Assembly (NCBI GenBank): GCA_943359335.1
Contig: CALRHC010000001.1
Coordinates: forward strand, 22,466 to 86,465
DNA length: 64,000 nt
From: Candidatus Yanofskybacteria bacterium
GTDB taxonomy: Bacteria; Patescibacteriota; Minisyncoccia; JACQLN01
Direction: 5' to 3'
The notes beneath the pieces were generated by a model that saw only the letters and a list, made by a program, of their open reading frames with translations, did not search any database and had not been told where the DNA came from. A program made the position numbers and the translations under genes. Below, piece by piece: positions 27,533 to 36,497 of this stretch. How positions within the stretch are numbered: position 1 is the first letter of the stretch; each line of letters begins with the position of its first letter.

Positions 27533-28327
27533 ATGTCTAATTGGCAGAAAATTGCTATAACCCTTTTTACAGCGACTATTTTATTTTTTTTAGATAAAGC
27601 TGGTTTTTTTAATTTTTCTGTAAATTTACTAAATCGTTTTGGAGTGGCTCCAATTACAAGATCGGTTTTTTATTTAGGCAAGGAAAGCAGTTTTTTATTT
27701 AAAAATATTTTTGGTGTAAGAGATTTAATAAAAGAAAATATCTTTTTAAAAAGTGAAAGAGATTTTTTTAGGGGAGAATATTTTAAAATTCTGCAGTTAA
27801 AAGAAGAAAACGATTTTTTGCGTAAAGCTTTAAGTTTGGGCCAAAAAGAATCTAAAAAAATAATTTTTGCAGACACTCTTTCGCTAGACCCATTCCAAGC
27901 TAGTGATTCTTTATTAGTAAATAAAGGTTTTAAAGATGGGGTTGGTGTGGGTGATTCGGTAATTCTTTCTGGAAATATTTTAGTTGGTCGGATAAAGGAA
28001 GTTTTTGCTAAAGAGAGTAGGGTTACCTTAGTAACATCAGCTCAAAATAAAGTTACGGTTGCTTCCGAAGACAGTGGGGTTAAGGGTGTAATAACGGGTT
28101 CTGCTAGTGGCGTGCTTAATTTAGATCTTGTTTTAAAAGAATCGGAATTAATAAGTGGGCAGATCCTCTTAAGTTCTGGGTTGGATGGTTTTTTTAAAGG
28201 TGGTTTTTTAGTAGGAGAGGTTGTTAAGGTTAGTAATAGCGATTCTGATCCTTTTAAAAAAGCTTTAGTGCGACCATTCTTTAATTCTAAGGATTTAAAA
28301 CAAGTTTTCATTATTGTTTCCGAATAG
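27533..28327 (+). CDS. mreC: rod-shape-determining protein MreC
   Basis: N-terminal TM, coiled-coil, two beta domains (GDSVILSGNILVGRIKEV; LLSSGLDGFFKGGFLVGEVVKV). Confidence 0.7.
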   Translation: MSNWQKIAITLFTATILFFLDKAGFFNFSVNLLNRFGVAPITRSVFYLGKESSFLFKNIFGVRDLIKENIFLKSERDFFRGEYFKILQLKEENDFLRKALSLGQKESKKIIFADTLSLDPFQASDSLLVNKGFKDGVGVGDSVILSGNILVGRIKEVFAKESRVTLVTSAQNKVTVASEDSGVKGVITGSASGVLNLDLVLKESELISGQILLSSGLDGFFKGGFLVGEVVKVSNSDSDPFKKALVRPFFNSKDLKQVFIIVSE

Positions 28328-28385
28328 TTGCTTATTTGTATTTTTTCTTGCTAAGATTCTTAAATAATTTAAATACCATTATCAA

Positions 28386-29075
28386 ATGGAACCACAACAA
28401 GAAACCACTCAATCTGTAAAAAGCTCTCTTTCGGTCCCGCTCTCTATTGTAGTAGCCGGCTTATTAATAGCGGGGGCTGTTTGGTTTAGGGGTACAGGAA
28501 ATATAGATACCACAGCTCAAGTTGGTACGAAGCCCGTTAAGGTTGATTTAGGTAACTTGCCTGTTTTAGGAGATGAAAATGCAAAAATAACCATAATAGA
28601 ATTTGCGGATTATCAATGTCCATATTGCGAAGCTTTTTTTACTCAAGTTGAACCAATACTAAGAGAAGAATATGTAAAAAAAGGGCTAGTTAAGGTGCAG
28701 TGGCGAGATTTTGCTTTTTTGGGTCCTGAATCTTTTTGGGCAGCCGAAGCAGCAAGGTGTGCTAACGATCAAGGAAAGTTTTGGCAATATCATGACTTGT
28801 TGTTAAATAGGCAAAAAGGAGAAAATGAAGGTGCTTTTAGTAAAGAAAATTTAAAAACCTTTGCCGGCGAACTTGGTTTAAATACAGCAGATTTTGATTC
28901 TTGTTTAGACACAGGCAAATATGTTCAAACTGTTAAGGATGACACCGATTATGGCCGTTCGGTTGGCGTTACTGGTACGCCAGGAACATTTATAAACGGC
29001 GAACAAGTTGTTGGTGTAGATAGAAATGATCCGTTTACTCAGTTTAAAGTTGTAATAGATAAATATTTAAAATAA
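28386..29075 (+). CDS. DsbA-family thioredoxin-fold thiol:disulfide oxidoreductase (membrane anchored)
   Basis: IIEFADYQCPYCEAFF (CPYC active site), N-terminal TM. Confidence 0.75.
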   Translation: MEPQQETTQSVKSSLSVPLSIVVAGLLIAGAVWFRGTGNIDTTAQVGTKPVKVDLGNLPVLGDENAKITIIEFADYQCPYCEAFFTQVEPILREEYVKKGLVKVQWRDFAFLGPESFWAAEAARCANDQGKFWQYHDLLLNRQKGENEGAFSKENLKTFAGELGLNTADFDSCLDTGKYVQTVKDDTDYGRSVGVTGTPGTFINGEQVVGVDRNDPFTQFKVVIDKYLK

Positions 29076-29079
29076 CTTA

Positions 29080-29550
29080 ATGAATAAAAAAAGAATAATA
29101 ATTTTAATAGTTATTTTAATAATTGCACTAGGTGCTTTTTGGTTTTTAAAATCGCCTTCGGAAAAACCAGGTGAAGCTGTGTCTATCCAACCTAATGAAA
29201 TTATAAAACCGGGCGATCCATTACCGGGATTATATCTTACAAATCCGCCAGTTTCTGGCTGGCATTATGCCGACAAAGCTAATTGGGGAATTTATACAGA
29301 AGAATTACCAGATCAAACGTTAATAGCTAATCTAGAAGATGGTGGTGTTTGGATTTCTTACCACCCAGATGCTCCACCAGAAATGGTTGAAAGTTTAAGC
29401 AAAATAGTTTCCAATTATAAAACCGGTGTAATTTTAACTCCCAGAACCAGTAGTGATAAATTAATTTCTTTGGCGGCTTGGGGCAGGTTAGATAAGTTTG
29501 ATTATTTTGACGAGGCAAGAATTTTAAAGTTTATAAAAGCATATAAATAA
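29080..29550 (+). CDS. hypothetical N-terminally anchored protein (possibly DUF3105-like) co-located with DsbA
   Basis: TM then PPVSGWHYADKANWGIY...GGVWISYHPDAPPE; family assignment tentative. Confidence 0.35.
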   Translation: MNKKRIIILIVILIIALGAFWFLKSPSEKPGEAVSIQPNEIIKPGDPLPGLYLTNPPVSGWHYADKANWGIYTEELPDQTLIANLEDGGVWISYHPDAPPEMVESLSKIVSNYKTGVILTPRTSSDKLISLAAWGRLDKFDYFDEARILKFIKAYK

Positions 29551-29578
29551 GTTTGCTCTTTAAAAAAGGAGGTTTAAA

Positions 29579-30001
29579 GTGCTAATAAAAGTTGATATAG
29601 AAATCAACAACGGTCATGAGGTTGGAACTTTTCTTGGTGAGGTTTTAATAACATTTCCAGAGATGAATATTTTTGGAAGGAGTTTTACTTTTTTTGTTGA
29701 AGAATCTGGAGGTGTTGTTTTTCTTACTATTTATAGAGACGGCGATGTTTACGCTAAAGCATTCTATAACAACAGCAGAAGTCCGACTATTTTACTAGCA
29801 GAGAATAATGGGTTTGGGCAACTTTGGTTGGTTAGGCATATCTGTAACCTTATTAGCGTTGCGGCAATGTTTTTAGAAACTAACACTTTTTCATCCGATT
29901 GTTTTATTTATCAAAATACTCTTAAGACACCTTTAACAGAAATTGACGATCGTATTTGTGGTGTTGTCTCTATGATGTGCCGCCAAACCGTTCCAAAATA
30001 A
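29579..30001 (+). CDS. hypothetical protein (140 aa), GTG start preceded by AAGGAGG
   Basis: Strong SD 7 nt upstream of GTG; no motif. Confidence 0.4.
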   Translation: MLIKVDIEINNGHEVGTFLGEVLITFPEMNIFGRSFTFFVEESGGVVFLTIYRDGDVYAKAFYNNSRSPTILLAENNGFGQLWLVRHICNLISVAAMFLETNTFSSDCFIYQNTLKTPLTEIDDRICGVVSMMCRQTVPK

Positions 30002-30002
30002 A

Positions 30003-30037
30003 AATCCCGCTTAGCGTTTTTGCCTAGCGGGATTTGT
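30003..30037. terminator. bidirectional terminator hairpin AAATCCCGCTTAGCG-TTTTT-GCCTAGCGGGATTT
   Basis: Imperfect 12-bp stem with flanking A/T runs between convergent transcripts. Confidence 0.6.
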
Positions 30038-30041
30038 TTGT

Positions 30042-30158
30042 GGCGACAGAGCTGTGTAGCAGTGACCCGACGTTTCCGTCAACGCCTAAGGTGGGCTGAG
30101 CACTGAACTACAAGAAATTCCTACTTATGGAATTTCTCCTTTCGGCAACTCTGCCGCC
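30042..30158 (-). ncRNA. unassigned structured small RNA (about 117 nt, three stems)
   Basis: On the minus strand: 10-bp closing helix GGCGGCAGAG/CUCUGUCGCC (G·U on minus, A-C mismatch on plus), perfect 9-bp hairpin AGAAAUUCC-AUAAGUA-GGAAUUUCU, third arm UGUAG..CAGUG..GACG-GAAA-CGUC..CACUG..CUACA with a GNRA loop; no ORF; lies 3' of the two tRNAs. Confidence 0.45.
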
Positions 30159-30169
30159 GGTATAATTTT

Positions 30170-30250
30170 TGGTGGGGGCAGCGGGATTTGAACCCACGAC
30201 CTACCGATTGGCAATCGGTAGCTCTTCCTACATATCTGAGCTATGCCCCC
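30170..30250 (-). tRNA. tRNA-Gly (anticodon GCC), CCA encoded, unusually long 13-nt D-loop
   Basis: Hand fold: acceptor GGGGGCA/UGCCCCC, anticodon arm ACCGA-UUGCCAA-UCGGU, T-arm GUGGG-UUCAAAU-CCCGC, 3' ACCA. Confidence 0.7.
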
Positions 30251-30260
30251 ACGCAAAATT

Positions 30261-30336
30261 TGGCTGTGCCCCAGGGAGTCGAACCCCGATAGCCTCCTCG
30301 TTTAGAGGTGGTGTCCTGCCATTGAACGAGGGCACA
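30261..30336 (-). tRNA. tRNA of unresolved identity with non-canonical anticodon arm (19 nt in place of 17)
   Basis: Acceptor UGUGCCC/GGGCACA (U1-A72), D-arm GUUC-AAUGGCA-GGAC, T-arm CGGGG-UUCGACU-CCCUG, encoded GCCA; anticodon region CCACCUCUAAACGAGGAGG folds only as an imperfect stem with a 5-, 7- (CUAAACG) or 9-nt loop. Confidence 0.5.
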
Positions 30337-30412
30337 GCACAGAAAAGATCTGGGTAGTAATTTAGCAATTACCTAAAAAACTGTCAATTCTTCTTTTGTA
30401 AGCTATTTTTCT

Positions 30413-32734
30413 GTGTTATTATTTTCTAGTAATATACTCAACCTAATGCCAGCTGAAAAAGAAAAAGAGGATATTAAAAATCCTAAAAAACCTCAAACAA
30501 AAAAGCTAAAAAAGGAAACTTCTTGGCTTCATTTAGAATCAGGCGTCAAAAGAAGCGTTGCAGGCGTTTTATTGTTAGCTGTGGCTCTGGTAACAACTTT
30601 AGCTTTTTTTGGCTTGTCTGGATCTTTTTCGGAAGCCATCACCAGTGGCGCCGATTATTTGTTTGGCTCCGGCAGTTTCTTTGTGCCCTTAACAATGTTT
30701 TTAATGTCGTTTTTTATTTTAACTTCCGATAAGAAAAAAATATTGGGTTCCACTATAATTGGTGGCAATCTTTTGATTTTAAGTTTTTTAGGAATGATGG
30801 AAGTTTTTTCTAATAACCATGCTGGTGGAAATATTGGATATTATTTTAGTTGGCCGTTTATGCAAATGTTTGGTTTTTGGGGTTCGCTAGTATTTTTTAT
30901 AGCATTTTTCTTTTCAGCCATGTTAATTGTTTTTCGCTTGCCACTTAAAGACCAAATAAAAGAAAAGGTTACGTTTAAGGCAGATGAAAACGGTGAAATG
31001 ATTTCAGAAAAGAAACTAGTTTTAGAAAAGGGTTTGGTAACAAAAATTGCAACATTGGCGAATAAAGCAAAATTACCACAAGTAGCTGTTAAAAAAGCAG
31101 AAGCCCCAAAACCTGCTGGTGATACTGTTACTATAAATTCTCCACAAGGTAACGCGCTTGCAGCAAAAACAGACGAAGCTCCAAAAAAGAAACAAGACAT
31201 GGCCAGCGGGTTTAGTGTTTTACCTTTGTCTGTTAATTACAAATTTCCACCACTCGATTTATTAGAAGACGAAGGTTCGATGCCGGTTACCGGTGACATT
31301 AAGGGTAATGCCATAATTATTCAAAAAACTTTAGAGAATTTTAATATTCCAGTAGAAATGTCGGAGGTTAATATTGGGCCTGCGGTTACACAATTTACCT
31401 TAAAGCCAGCAATGGGAGTTAAGCTTGCCAGTATTTTAGCTTTGCAAAAGGATTTATCTTTGGCTTTGGGTGGGGAGTCTTTAAGAATAGAGGCGCCGAT
31501 TCCAGGGAAGTCTTTGGTGGGTATAGAAATACCAAATCAAAAATCGATGGTTGTGCGTTTAAAGGCTTTGCTTCAAGGCTTTGAGGCATCGGAACATAAA
31601 AACTTTTTAAATATTGGTTTAGGTAAAGATGTTTCGGGTAGGTCAACTTGGTCGGCATTAACAAAAATGCCTCACTTACTTATTGCAGGAGCCACGGGTT
31701 CTGGTAAAAGTGTTGCCATAAATTCTTTAATAGTTAATTTACTGTATCAACATTCTCCAGAAATTTTACGTTTTATAATGGTGGATCCAAAAAGAGTTGA
31801 ATTAACTTTATATAATGGTATTCCTCATTTATTAACACCAGTTATTGTGGAACCTAAAAAAGCTGTATCTGCTTTAAAATGGGCAGTTTCCGAAATGGAA
31901 AGAAGGTATACAGTGCTATCGGAAAAAGGCGTAAGAGATATTGGTAGTTTTAATTCTCAAATAGATGGTAAAAAAGGCGACGATTTAATGCCTTATTTGG
32001 TTATTATAATAGATGAGCTTGCCGATTTAATGTCTACATATGGTAGAGAGATTGAAGCTACTGTTGTTCGTTTGGCTCAAATGGCTCGCGCAGTTGGAAT
32101 CCATTTGGTTTTAGCTACCCAGCGTCCATCGGTAGAAGTTATTACCGGATTAATTAAGGCTAACATTACTACACGCATAGCTTTTGCGGTGGCCTCGCAA
32201 ATAGATTCAAGAACAATTTTAGATTCTGCTGGTGCCGAAAAACTTTTGGGTATGGGCGACATGCTTTTTGTAACTTCCGATTCACCAAAGCCAAAACGTA
32301 TTCAAGGAACTTTCGTTTCGGAAAAAGAAGTTAAAAAAGTTGTTGGGTTTATAAAATCTAATTTACCCGAAGATGCGCCAGATACCAACCCAGACGAAGC
32401 TCTTGGTTTGGAAAAAGCTGTTTCCGATCATAAACCAATATTGGCTGGCGTAGATTTAAGTAGTATGGATTCTAATGGCGAAGATGATGACGAACTTTTG
32501 CCTCAAGCCAAAGAAGCTATTATGCAGGCAGGTAAAGCCTCGGCTTCGCTATTGCAGCGTCGATTACGCGTAGGTTATGCACGCGCTGCCAGATTACTCG
32601 ATATTCTAGAGGCTCAAGGTATGATTGGCCCAGGGGAAGGTGCTAAGCCAAGGGAAGTTTTGGTAAAAGCTGAAACATCTGCAGAAGATCAACAACTAGA
32701 TTCCGAACTTGATAAGTCAAGTGAAACTATTTAA
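30413..32734 (+). CDS. ftsK: DNA translocase FtsK/SpoIIIE
   Basis: N-terminal 4-5 TM, motor domain GATGSGKSVAINSLI, C-terminal gamma winged helix LLQRRLRVGYARAARLLDILEAQGMIGP. Confidence 0.85.
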   Translation: MLLFSSNILNLMPAEKEKEDIKNPKKPQTKKLKKETSWLHLESGVKRSVAGVLLLAVALVTTLAFFGLSGSFSEAITSGADYLFGSGSFFVPLTMFLMSFFILTSDKKKILGSTIIGGNLLILSFLGMMEVFSNNHAGGNIGYYFSWPFMQMFGFWGSLVFFIAFFFSAMLIVFRLPLKDQIKEKVTFKADENGEMISEKKLVLEKGLVTKIATLANKAKLPQVAVKKAEAPKPAGDTVTINSPQGNALAAKTDEAPKKKQDMASGFSVLPLSVNYKFPPLDLLEDEGSMPVTGDIKGNAIIIQKTLENFNIPVEMSEVNIGPAVTQFTLKPAMGVKLASILALQKDLSLALGGESLRIEAPIPGKSLVGIEIPNQKSMVVRLKALLQGFEASEHKNFLNIGLGKDVSGRSTWSALTKMPHLLIAGATGSGKSVAINSLIVNLLYQHSPEILRFIMVDPKRVELTLYNGIPHLLTPVIVEPKKAVSALKWAVSEMERRYTVLSEKGVRDIGSFNSQIDGKKGDDLMPYLVIIIDELADLMSTYGREIEATVVRLAQMARAVGIHLVLATQRPSVEVITGLIKANITTRIAFAVASQIDSRTILDSAGAEKLLGMGDMLFVTSDSPKPKRIQGTFVSEKEVKKVVGFIKSNLPEDAPDTNPDEALGLEKAVSDHKPILAGVDLSSMDSNGEDDDELLPQAKEAIMQAGKASASLLQRRLRVGYARAARLLDILEAQGMIGPGEGAKPREVLVKAETSAEDQQLDSELDKSSETI

Positions 32735-32846
32735 CTAATATCAAGGTTAAACCTTGATATGTTTAAAATCACCCAACGCGGGTGGTTTTTTCTTGCTTAC
32801 AAAATATTGCGGTGTTAATCTAAAGTAAATATTTTTACATACTATC

Positions 32847-33506
32847 GTGCCCATAGCTCAAACTAAAGACAATTTAAAGCTCAATGATTATTTAACAGAA
32901 AGAAGAAAATTTTTAAAGATTTCTTTCGGGGATTTGGTTACAAAAACAGGAATTCCGGCGAAGCATTTAAAAAAAATTGAAAAAGGTGAGTGGTGCGATC
33001 TGCCCTCGGGGGTTTATGTTAAAGGTTTTTTAAAAAAATATGCCGGAGTGGTTGGCTTAGACGAAAACGAATTAGCTTTAAGATATGAAAACGAATGGCA
33101 GCAGATTTGCAAAATTGATTTACCCAAACAAGGTAATAAAACCTTAAATAAAATAAATTTTCTAAAACAATTTTCTTTCAGGTGGGTTGTTTTGGGAGTT
33201 ATCGGAGTTTTTGTGCTATTTTATATCGGTTGGCAGTTTAAAGTTATTTTAGAAAAACCAGATTTAAATTTGAATTATCCTATTGGAAGCGATACTATTG
33301 TGGATAATCCTAAGATGGAGTTTAAAGGAAAAGTTTCGGAAGATTCAGTCTTAACTATAAATAATGAAATAGTCTTGATGACAGAGGATGGATCTTTTAT
33401 TAAGGAAGTGGAATTACTTAATGGAATCAATACATTCGAGATAAAGGCAGTAAGTAGATTTGGTAAAGAAAATAAAATAATTAGACGGGTAACATATAAT
33501 CCATAA
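32847..33506 (+). CDS. rodZ: RodZ-like HTH/TM cytoskeleton protein (GTG start)
   Basis: N-terminal XRE-type HTH with YVKGFLKKYAGVVGLDENEL (RodZ signature), single TM, C-terminal beta domain. Confidence 0.5.
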   Translation: MPIAQTKDNLKLNDYLTERRKFLKISFGDLVTKTGIPAKHLKKIEKGEWCDLPSGVYVKGFLKKYAGVVGLDENELALRYENEWQQICKIDLPKQGNKTLNKINFLKQFSFRWVVLGVIGVFVLFYIGWQFKVILEKPDLNLNYPIGSDTIVDNPKMEFKGKVSEDSVLTINNEIVLMTEDGSFIKEVELLNGINTFEIKAVSRFGKENKIIRRVTYNP

Positions 33507-33587
33507 ACACAGCTTCGTTAGTTGTTAGCTTCGTTAGCTTTTAGTAAATTTTGAAAGCTAGTGAAGCTAGAAGCTAAAAGCTAAATA
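33507..33587 (+). repeat. intergenic palindromic repeat (CAGCTTCGTTAGTTGTTAGCTTCGTTAGC ... GCTAGTGAAGCTAGAAGCTAAAAGCTAAATATTG|ATG)
   Basis: Family member ending at the recA ATG (33591). Confidence 0.6.
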
Positions 33588-33590
33588 TTG

Positions 33591-34634
33591 ATGGCTAAAA
33601 AAAATATAGTTCCAGAAGAAAAATTTCCTGTAAAATCAAATAGTAAGGGTTTACAAGAAACCGTAAAAGAAATCAGAGAACGTTTTGGAGAAGGTTCCAT
33701 AATGGCTTTGGGCGATGCACCAAAAGTAGATGTTGATGCGATTCCAACAGGATCAATTTCTTTGGATCTGGCTTTGGGTGTGGGTGGAATACCAAAAGGA
33801 AGGGTAGTAGAAATATATGGCCCGGAAAGCTCTGGTAAAACAACTCTAACTTTGCATATTGTAGCCGAAGCACAGCGACGTGGTAGTTTAGCTGCTTTCG
33901 TTGATGCTGAACACGCACTTGATCCAGACTATGCTAAAAAGATTGGTGTTAACATAGATGATCTTTTGGTTTCACAACCAGATAATGGTGAACAAGCATT
34001 AGACATTGTGGAGGCCTTGGTAAAATCTGGTAGGGTCGGTGTTGTGGTTGTAGATTCTGTAGCAGCATTAACTCCTCAAGCCGAAATAGATGGCGAGATG
34101 GGCGATATGCAAATGGGTTTGCAAGCAAGATTAATGTCTAAGGCGCTTCGAAAACTTACAAACATTGCTTCTAAAAGCGGAACAACAGTTATATTTACAA
34201 ACCAAATAAGAATGAAACTTGGTGTTATGTTTGGCAACCCAGAAACTACTCCGGGTGGAAATGCTTTAAAGTTTTTTTCTTCGGTAAGAATGGATATTCG
34301 CCGCATCGCGCAATTAAAAAGCAAAGAAGAAATTGTTGGAAACCGTGTCCGTGTAAAAGTTGTAAAAAATAAAGTAGCCGCGCCTTTTAGGCAAGCAGAG
34401 TTTGATATTATGTATAACCAAGGTATTGCATCGCTCGCGGATATTTTGCAAACAGGTGTGCGCTTGGGTGTGCTAGATAAATCTGGTTCTTGGTATCAAT
34501 ACTCTGGGCAGAAAATAGGGCAGGGCACAGAAGCCACAGTAGCCTATTTAAAAGAAAACGTTAAAACATCTTTACAGATATTAGAAGAAATAAAAAAGAA
34601 ATCTATAGACGCTCAAACAGCTTTAACAGCCTAA
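33591..34634 (+). CDS. recA: recombinase RecA
   Basis: [13 protein letters not shown] Walker A, L1/L2 loops; ATG 33591 preferred over TTG 33588. Confidence 0.9.
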   Translation: MAKKNIVPEEKFPVKSNSKGLQETVKEIRERFGEGSIMALGDAPKVDVDAIPTGSISLDLALGVGGIPKGRVVEIYGPESSGKTTLTLHIVAEAQRRGSLAAFVDAEHALDPDYAKKIGVNIDDLLVSQPDNGEQALDIVEALVKSGRVGVVVVDSVAALTPQAEIDGEMGDMQMGLQARLMSKALRKLTNIASKSGTTVIFTNQIRMKLGVMFGNPETTPGGNALKFFSSVRMDIRRIAQLKSKEEIVGNRVRVKVVKNKVAAPFRQAEFDIMYNQGIASLADILQTGVRLGVLDKSGSWYQYSGQKIGQGTEATVAYLKENVKTSLQILEEIKKKSIDAQTALTA

Positions 34635-34636
34635 AC

Positions 34637-34668
34637 AAAAACCCTCCGACCAATATCGGAGGGTTTTT
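34637..34668 (+). terminator. intrinsic terminator ACCCTCCGA-CCAATA-TCGGAGGGT + TTTTT
   Basis: CTCCGA-family hairpin; sibling at 35617. Confidence 0.7.
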
Positions 34669-34738
34669 GACTATATGGGGTTTTTGTTTTAATATTCAAA
34701 AATTGTTATACAAGGTTCTTTAATAAAAGGAGGTTCGT

Positions 34739-35614
34739 ATGCCTCGTAAACGTCAGGCTGCCGAATTAGTTTTTGATGATGAGTCTGAATTGTTAATTTA
34801 TTTTAATGATATAGAAAATTCAAGAGGTCTCTCAGCAGAGATAGAACAAGTACTTTCAAGGGATATAAAAAATGGAGACGAGGAAGCTCTAAAAAGACTT
34901 GTTTCGAAAAACCTTCGCTTTGTTGTTAGTATTGCTAAAGAATATGTGGGTAATGGTGTATCTCTCCCTGATCTAATTCAAGCCGGTAATATGGGTCTTA
35001 TTGTGGCAGCTAAGAGATTTGATGGAACAAAGGGTTTTAAACTTATTTCATATGCTGTCTGGTGGATAAGGCAAGGAATTCTTCAGACTTTAGCGGAACA
35101 TTCTCGTATAGTTCGTTTGCCAACAAATAAAGTTGGTGAACTGATTAGATTGGGTAAGATAGATAAAAAAATGACTCAAGTCTTGGGACGCGCTCCAACT
35201 ACAAAAGAAATTACTGAGGCATACAAAGAGATTGATAATATTGAAGATCTTAGGATGATATCACAAAAGCCGGTTTCTTTAGACGAAAGGCTTGAAGACG
35301 ACAGTCTGAATACTTTTTTAGATTATTTAACGGATAACAGTCAGTCTGTAGAAGAATCTATAGAAGTTAGCGAGATACGTACTATTATTTCCGATGGTAT
35401 AAAACTCCGTTTGGATGATAGAGAAGCTAGGGTTATAAGGCGTTATTTTGGTTTAGATGGAGCTCCTCCTCAAACCTTAGAACAAATAGCTACAGAGTTG
35501 AAAGATAAAAAAGGAACTAGAAAACTAACAAGAGAAAGAGTTCGTCAAATAAAGGAAAGGGCTTTGCCCAAGTTGCGTGCCTATATTAGAAGTAGAATGG
35601 TTGATGTTCTTTAA
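34739..35614 (+). CDS. RNA polymerase sigma factor, sigma-70 family (alternative; regions 2-4 only), strong SD AAAGGAGG
   Basis: Region 2 LVSKNLRFVVSIAKEYVGNGVSLPDLIQAGNMGL..YAVWWIRQ, region 4.2 TLEQIATELKDKKGTRKLTRERVRQIKERAL. Confidence 0.75.
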   Translation: MPRKRQAAELVFDDESELLIYFNDIENSRGLSAEIEQVLSRDIKNGDEEALKRLVSKNLRFVVSIAKEYVGNGVSLPDLIQAGNMGLIVAAKRFDGTKGFKLISYAVWWIRQGILQTLAEHSRIVRLPTNKVGELIRLGKIDKKMTQVLGRAPTTKEITEAYKEIDNIEDLRMISQKPVSLDERLEDDSLNTFLDYLTDNSQSVEESIEVSEIRTIISDGIKLRLDDREARVIRRYFGLDGAPPQTLEQIATELKDKKGTRKLTRERVRQIKERALPKLRAYIRSRMVDVL

Positions 35615-35616
35615 AC

Positions 35617-35650
35617 AAAAACCCTCCGATATTGTTCGGAGGGTTTTTTA
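35617..35650. terminator. bidirectional terminator ACCCTCCGAT-ATTGT-TCGGAGGGT between convergent sigma gene and rpsR
   Basis: A-run upstream, T-run downstream. Confidence 0.7.
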
Positions 35651-35651
35651 T

Positions 35652-35897
35652 TTATCTTACGTGTTGTGTAAACGGTAGCAAGCCGGCAATGCGGGATCGC
35701 TTTATAGCGTTAGCCACTCGGCGTTGGTGTTTAGAACAATTGCCAGTACGAGTTCTAGAAGCGATTTTATATTGGTGGGTTAAAAAGCTTTTAAGCCCAG
35801 CTGCTTCTTTAAAATCGACAACGTCAATATCGTTCGTGCAAAAATAGCACTGCTTTTTTTCTACCTTTGCTTTTTTATGTGTTGGTTTATATGCCAT
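35652..35897 (-). CDS. rpsR: 30S ribosomal protein S18
   Basis: CYFC..IDVVDFK....LK.F.....KI..RTRTGNCSKHQRRVANAIKRSRIAGLLPF. Confidence 0.85.
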   Translation of the reverse strand: MAYKPTHKKAKVEKKQCYFCTNDIDVVDFKEAAGLKSFLTHQYKIASRTRTGNCSKHQRRVANAIKRSRIAGLLPFTQHVR

Positions 35898-35929
35898 GTT
35901 TTTCTATGAATTTCTTAGTATAGACAATA

Positions 35930-36412
35930 TTAGAAGGGAATGTCCGAAATGTCAACTTCCTCGGCATCTTGTTCTATTATTGGTATGTTTTCTTCTTTTT
36001 GATTTTGACTTCTTTCTTGGGGTTTATTTGCTACTGGAGTATTTGGTCTGCTAGATGTAAAACTTGCTCCGCTTGTCTCACCAGCTGTTCTGGGTCCTAA
36101 CTGTATAGCTTCGGCGACAACTTCGGTTCTGTATTTTTTTGTGCCATCGGCTGCGTCCCAGCTTCGGTTTTGAATTCTACCTTCTACTAAAACCATTTTG
36201 CCCTTGTTTAAATATTTGGCACAGGTTTCAGCCATTCTGCCAAAAACAACAACATTATGAAACTGAGTATCTTGTTGTTTTTGTCCGCTTTTGTCGTTCC
36301 ATACTCTGTTGGTAGCAACTGCAAAGCTTGCGACAGTTCCGCCTGATGGTAGCGAACGCACTTCTGGGTCTCGGGTTAAATTACCAAGAACAAATATTTT
36401 GTTAAGATTCAT
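35930..36412 (-). CDS. ssb: single-stranded DNA-binding protein
   Basis: OB fold NKIFVLGNLTRDPEVR...FHNVVVFGRMAE..YL.KG..V.VEGR; acidic tail ending DISDIPF. Confidence 0.9.
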   Translation of the reverse strand: MNLNKIFVLGNLTRDPEVRSLPSGGTVASFAVATNRVWNDKSGQKQQDTQFHNVVVFGRMAETCAKYLNKGKMVLVEGRIQNRSWDAADGTKKYRTEVVAEAIQLGPRTAGETSGASFTSSRPNTPVANKPQERSQNQKEENIPIIEQDAEEVDISDIPF

Positions 36413-36497
36413 TAATTAGCTTTTAGCTTTTAGCTTTTAGCTTTTAGCTTTTTAGAAAATTCCTAACAAGCTAATGAAGCTAATGAAGCTAGTTTTA
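36413..36497 (-). repeat. intergenic palindromic repeat (minus-strand reading: TAGCTTCATTAGCTTCATTAGC ... (AGCTAAA)x5 AGCTAA|ATG of ssb)
   Basis: Five 7-bp tandem AGCTTTT units on plus; same family and same placement immediately 5' of a start codon. Confidence 0.65.

Noticed and set aside
30042-30158. SRP (4.5S) RNA assignment for the 117-nt RNA
   Set aside because: It has a three-stem rather than single-hairpin architecture, and I could not find the domain-IV GGAA/AGCAGC signature; kept as unassigned ncRNA.
30169-30357. 62-aa ORF on the plus strand
   Set aside because: It lies over two minus-strand tRNA genes, whose cloverleaf arms and encoded CCA are evident.
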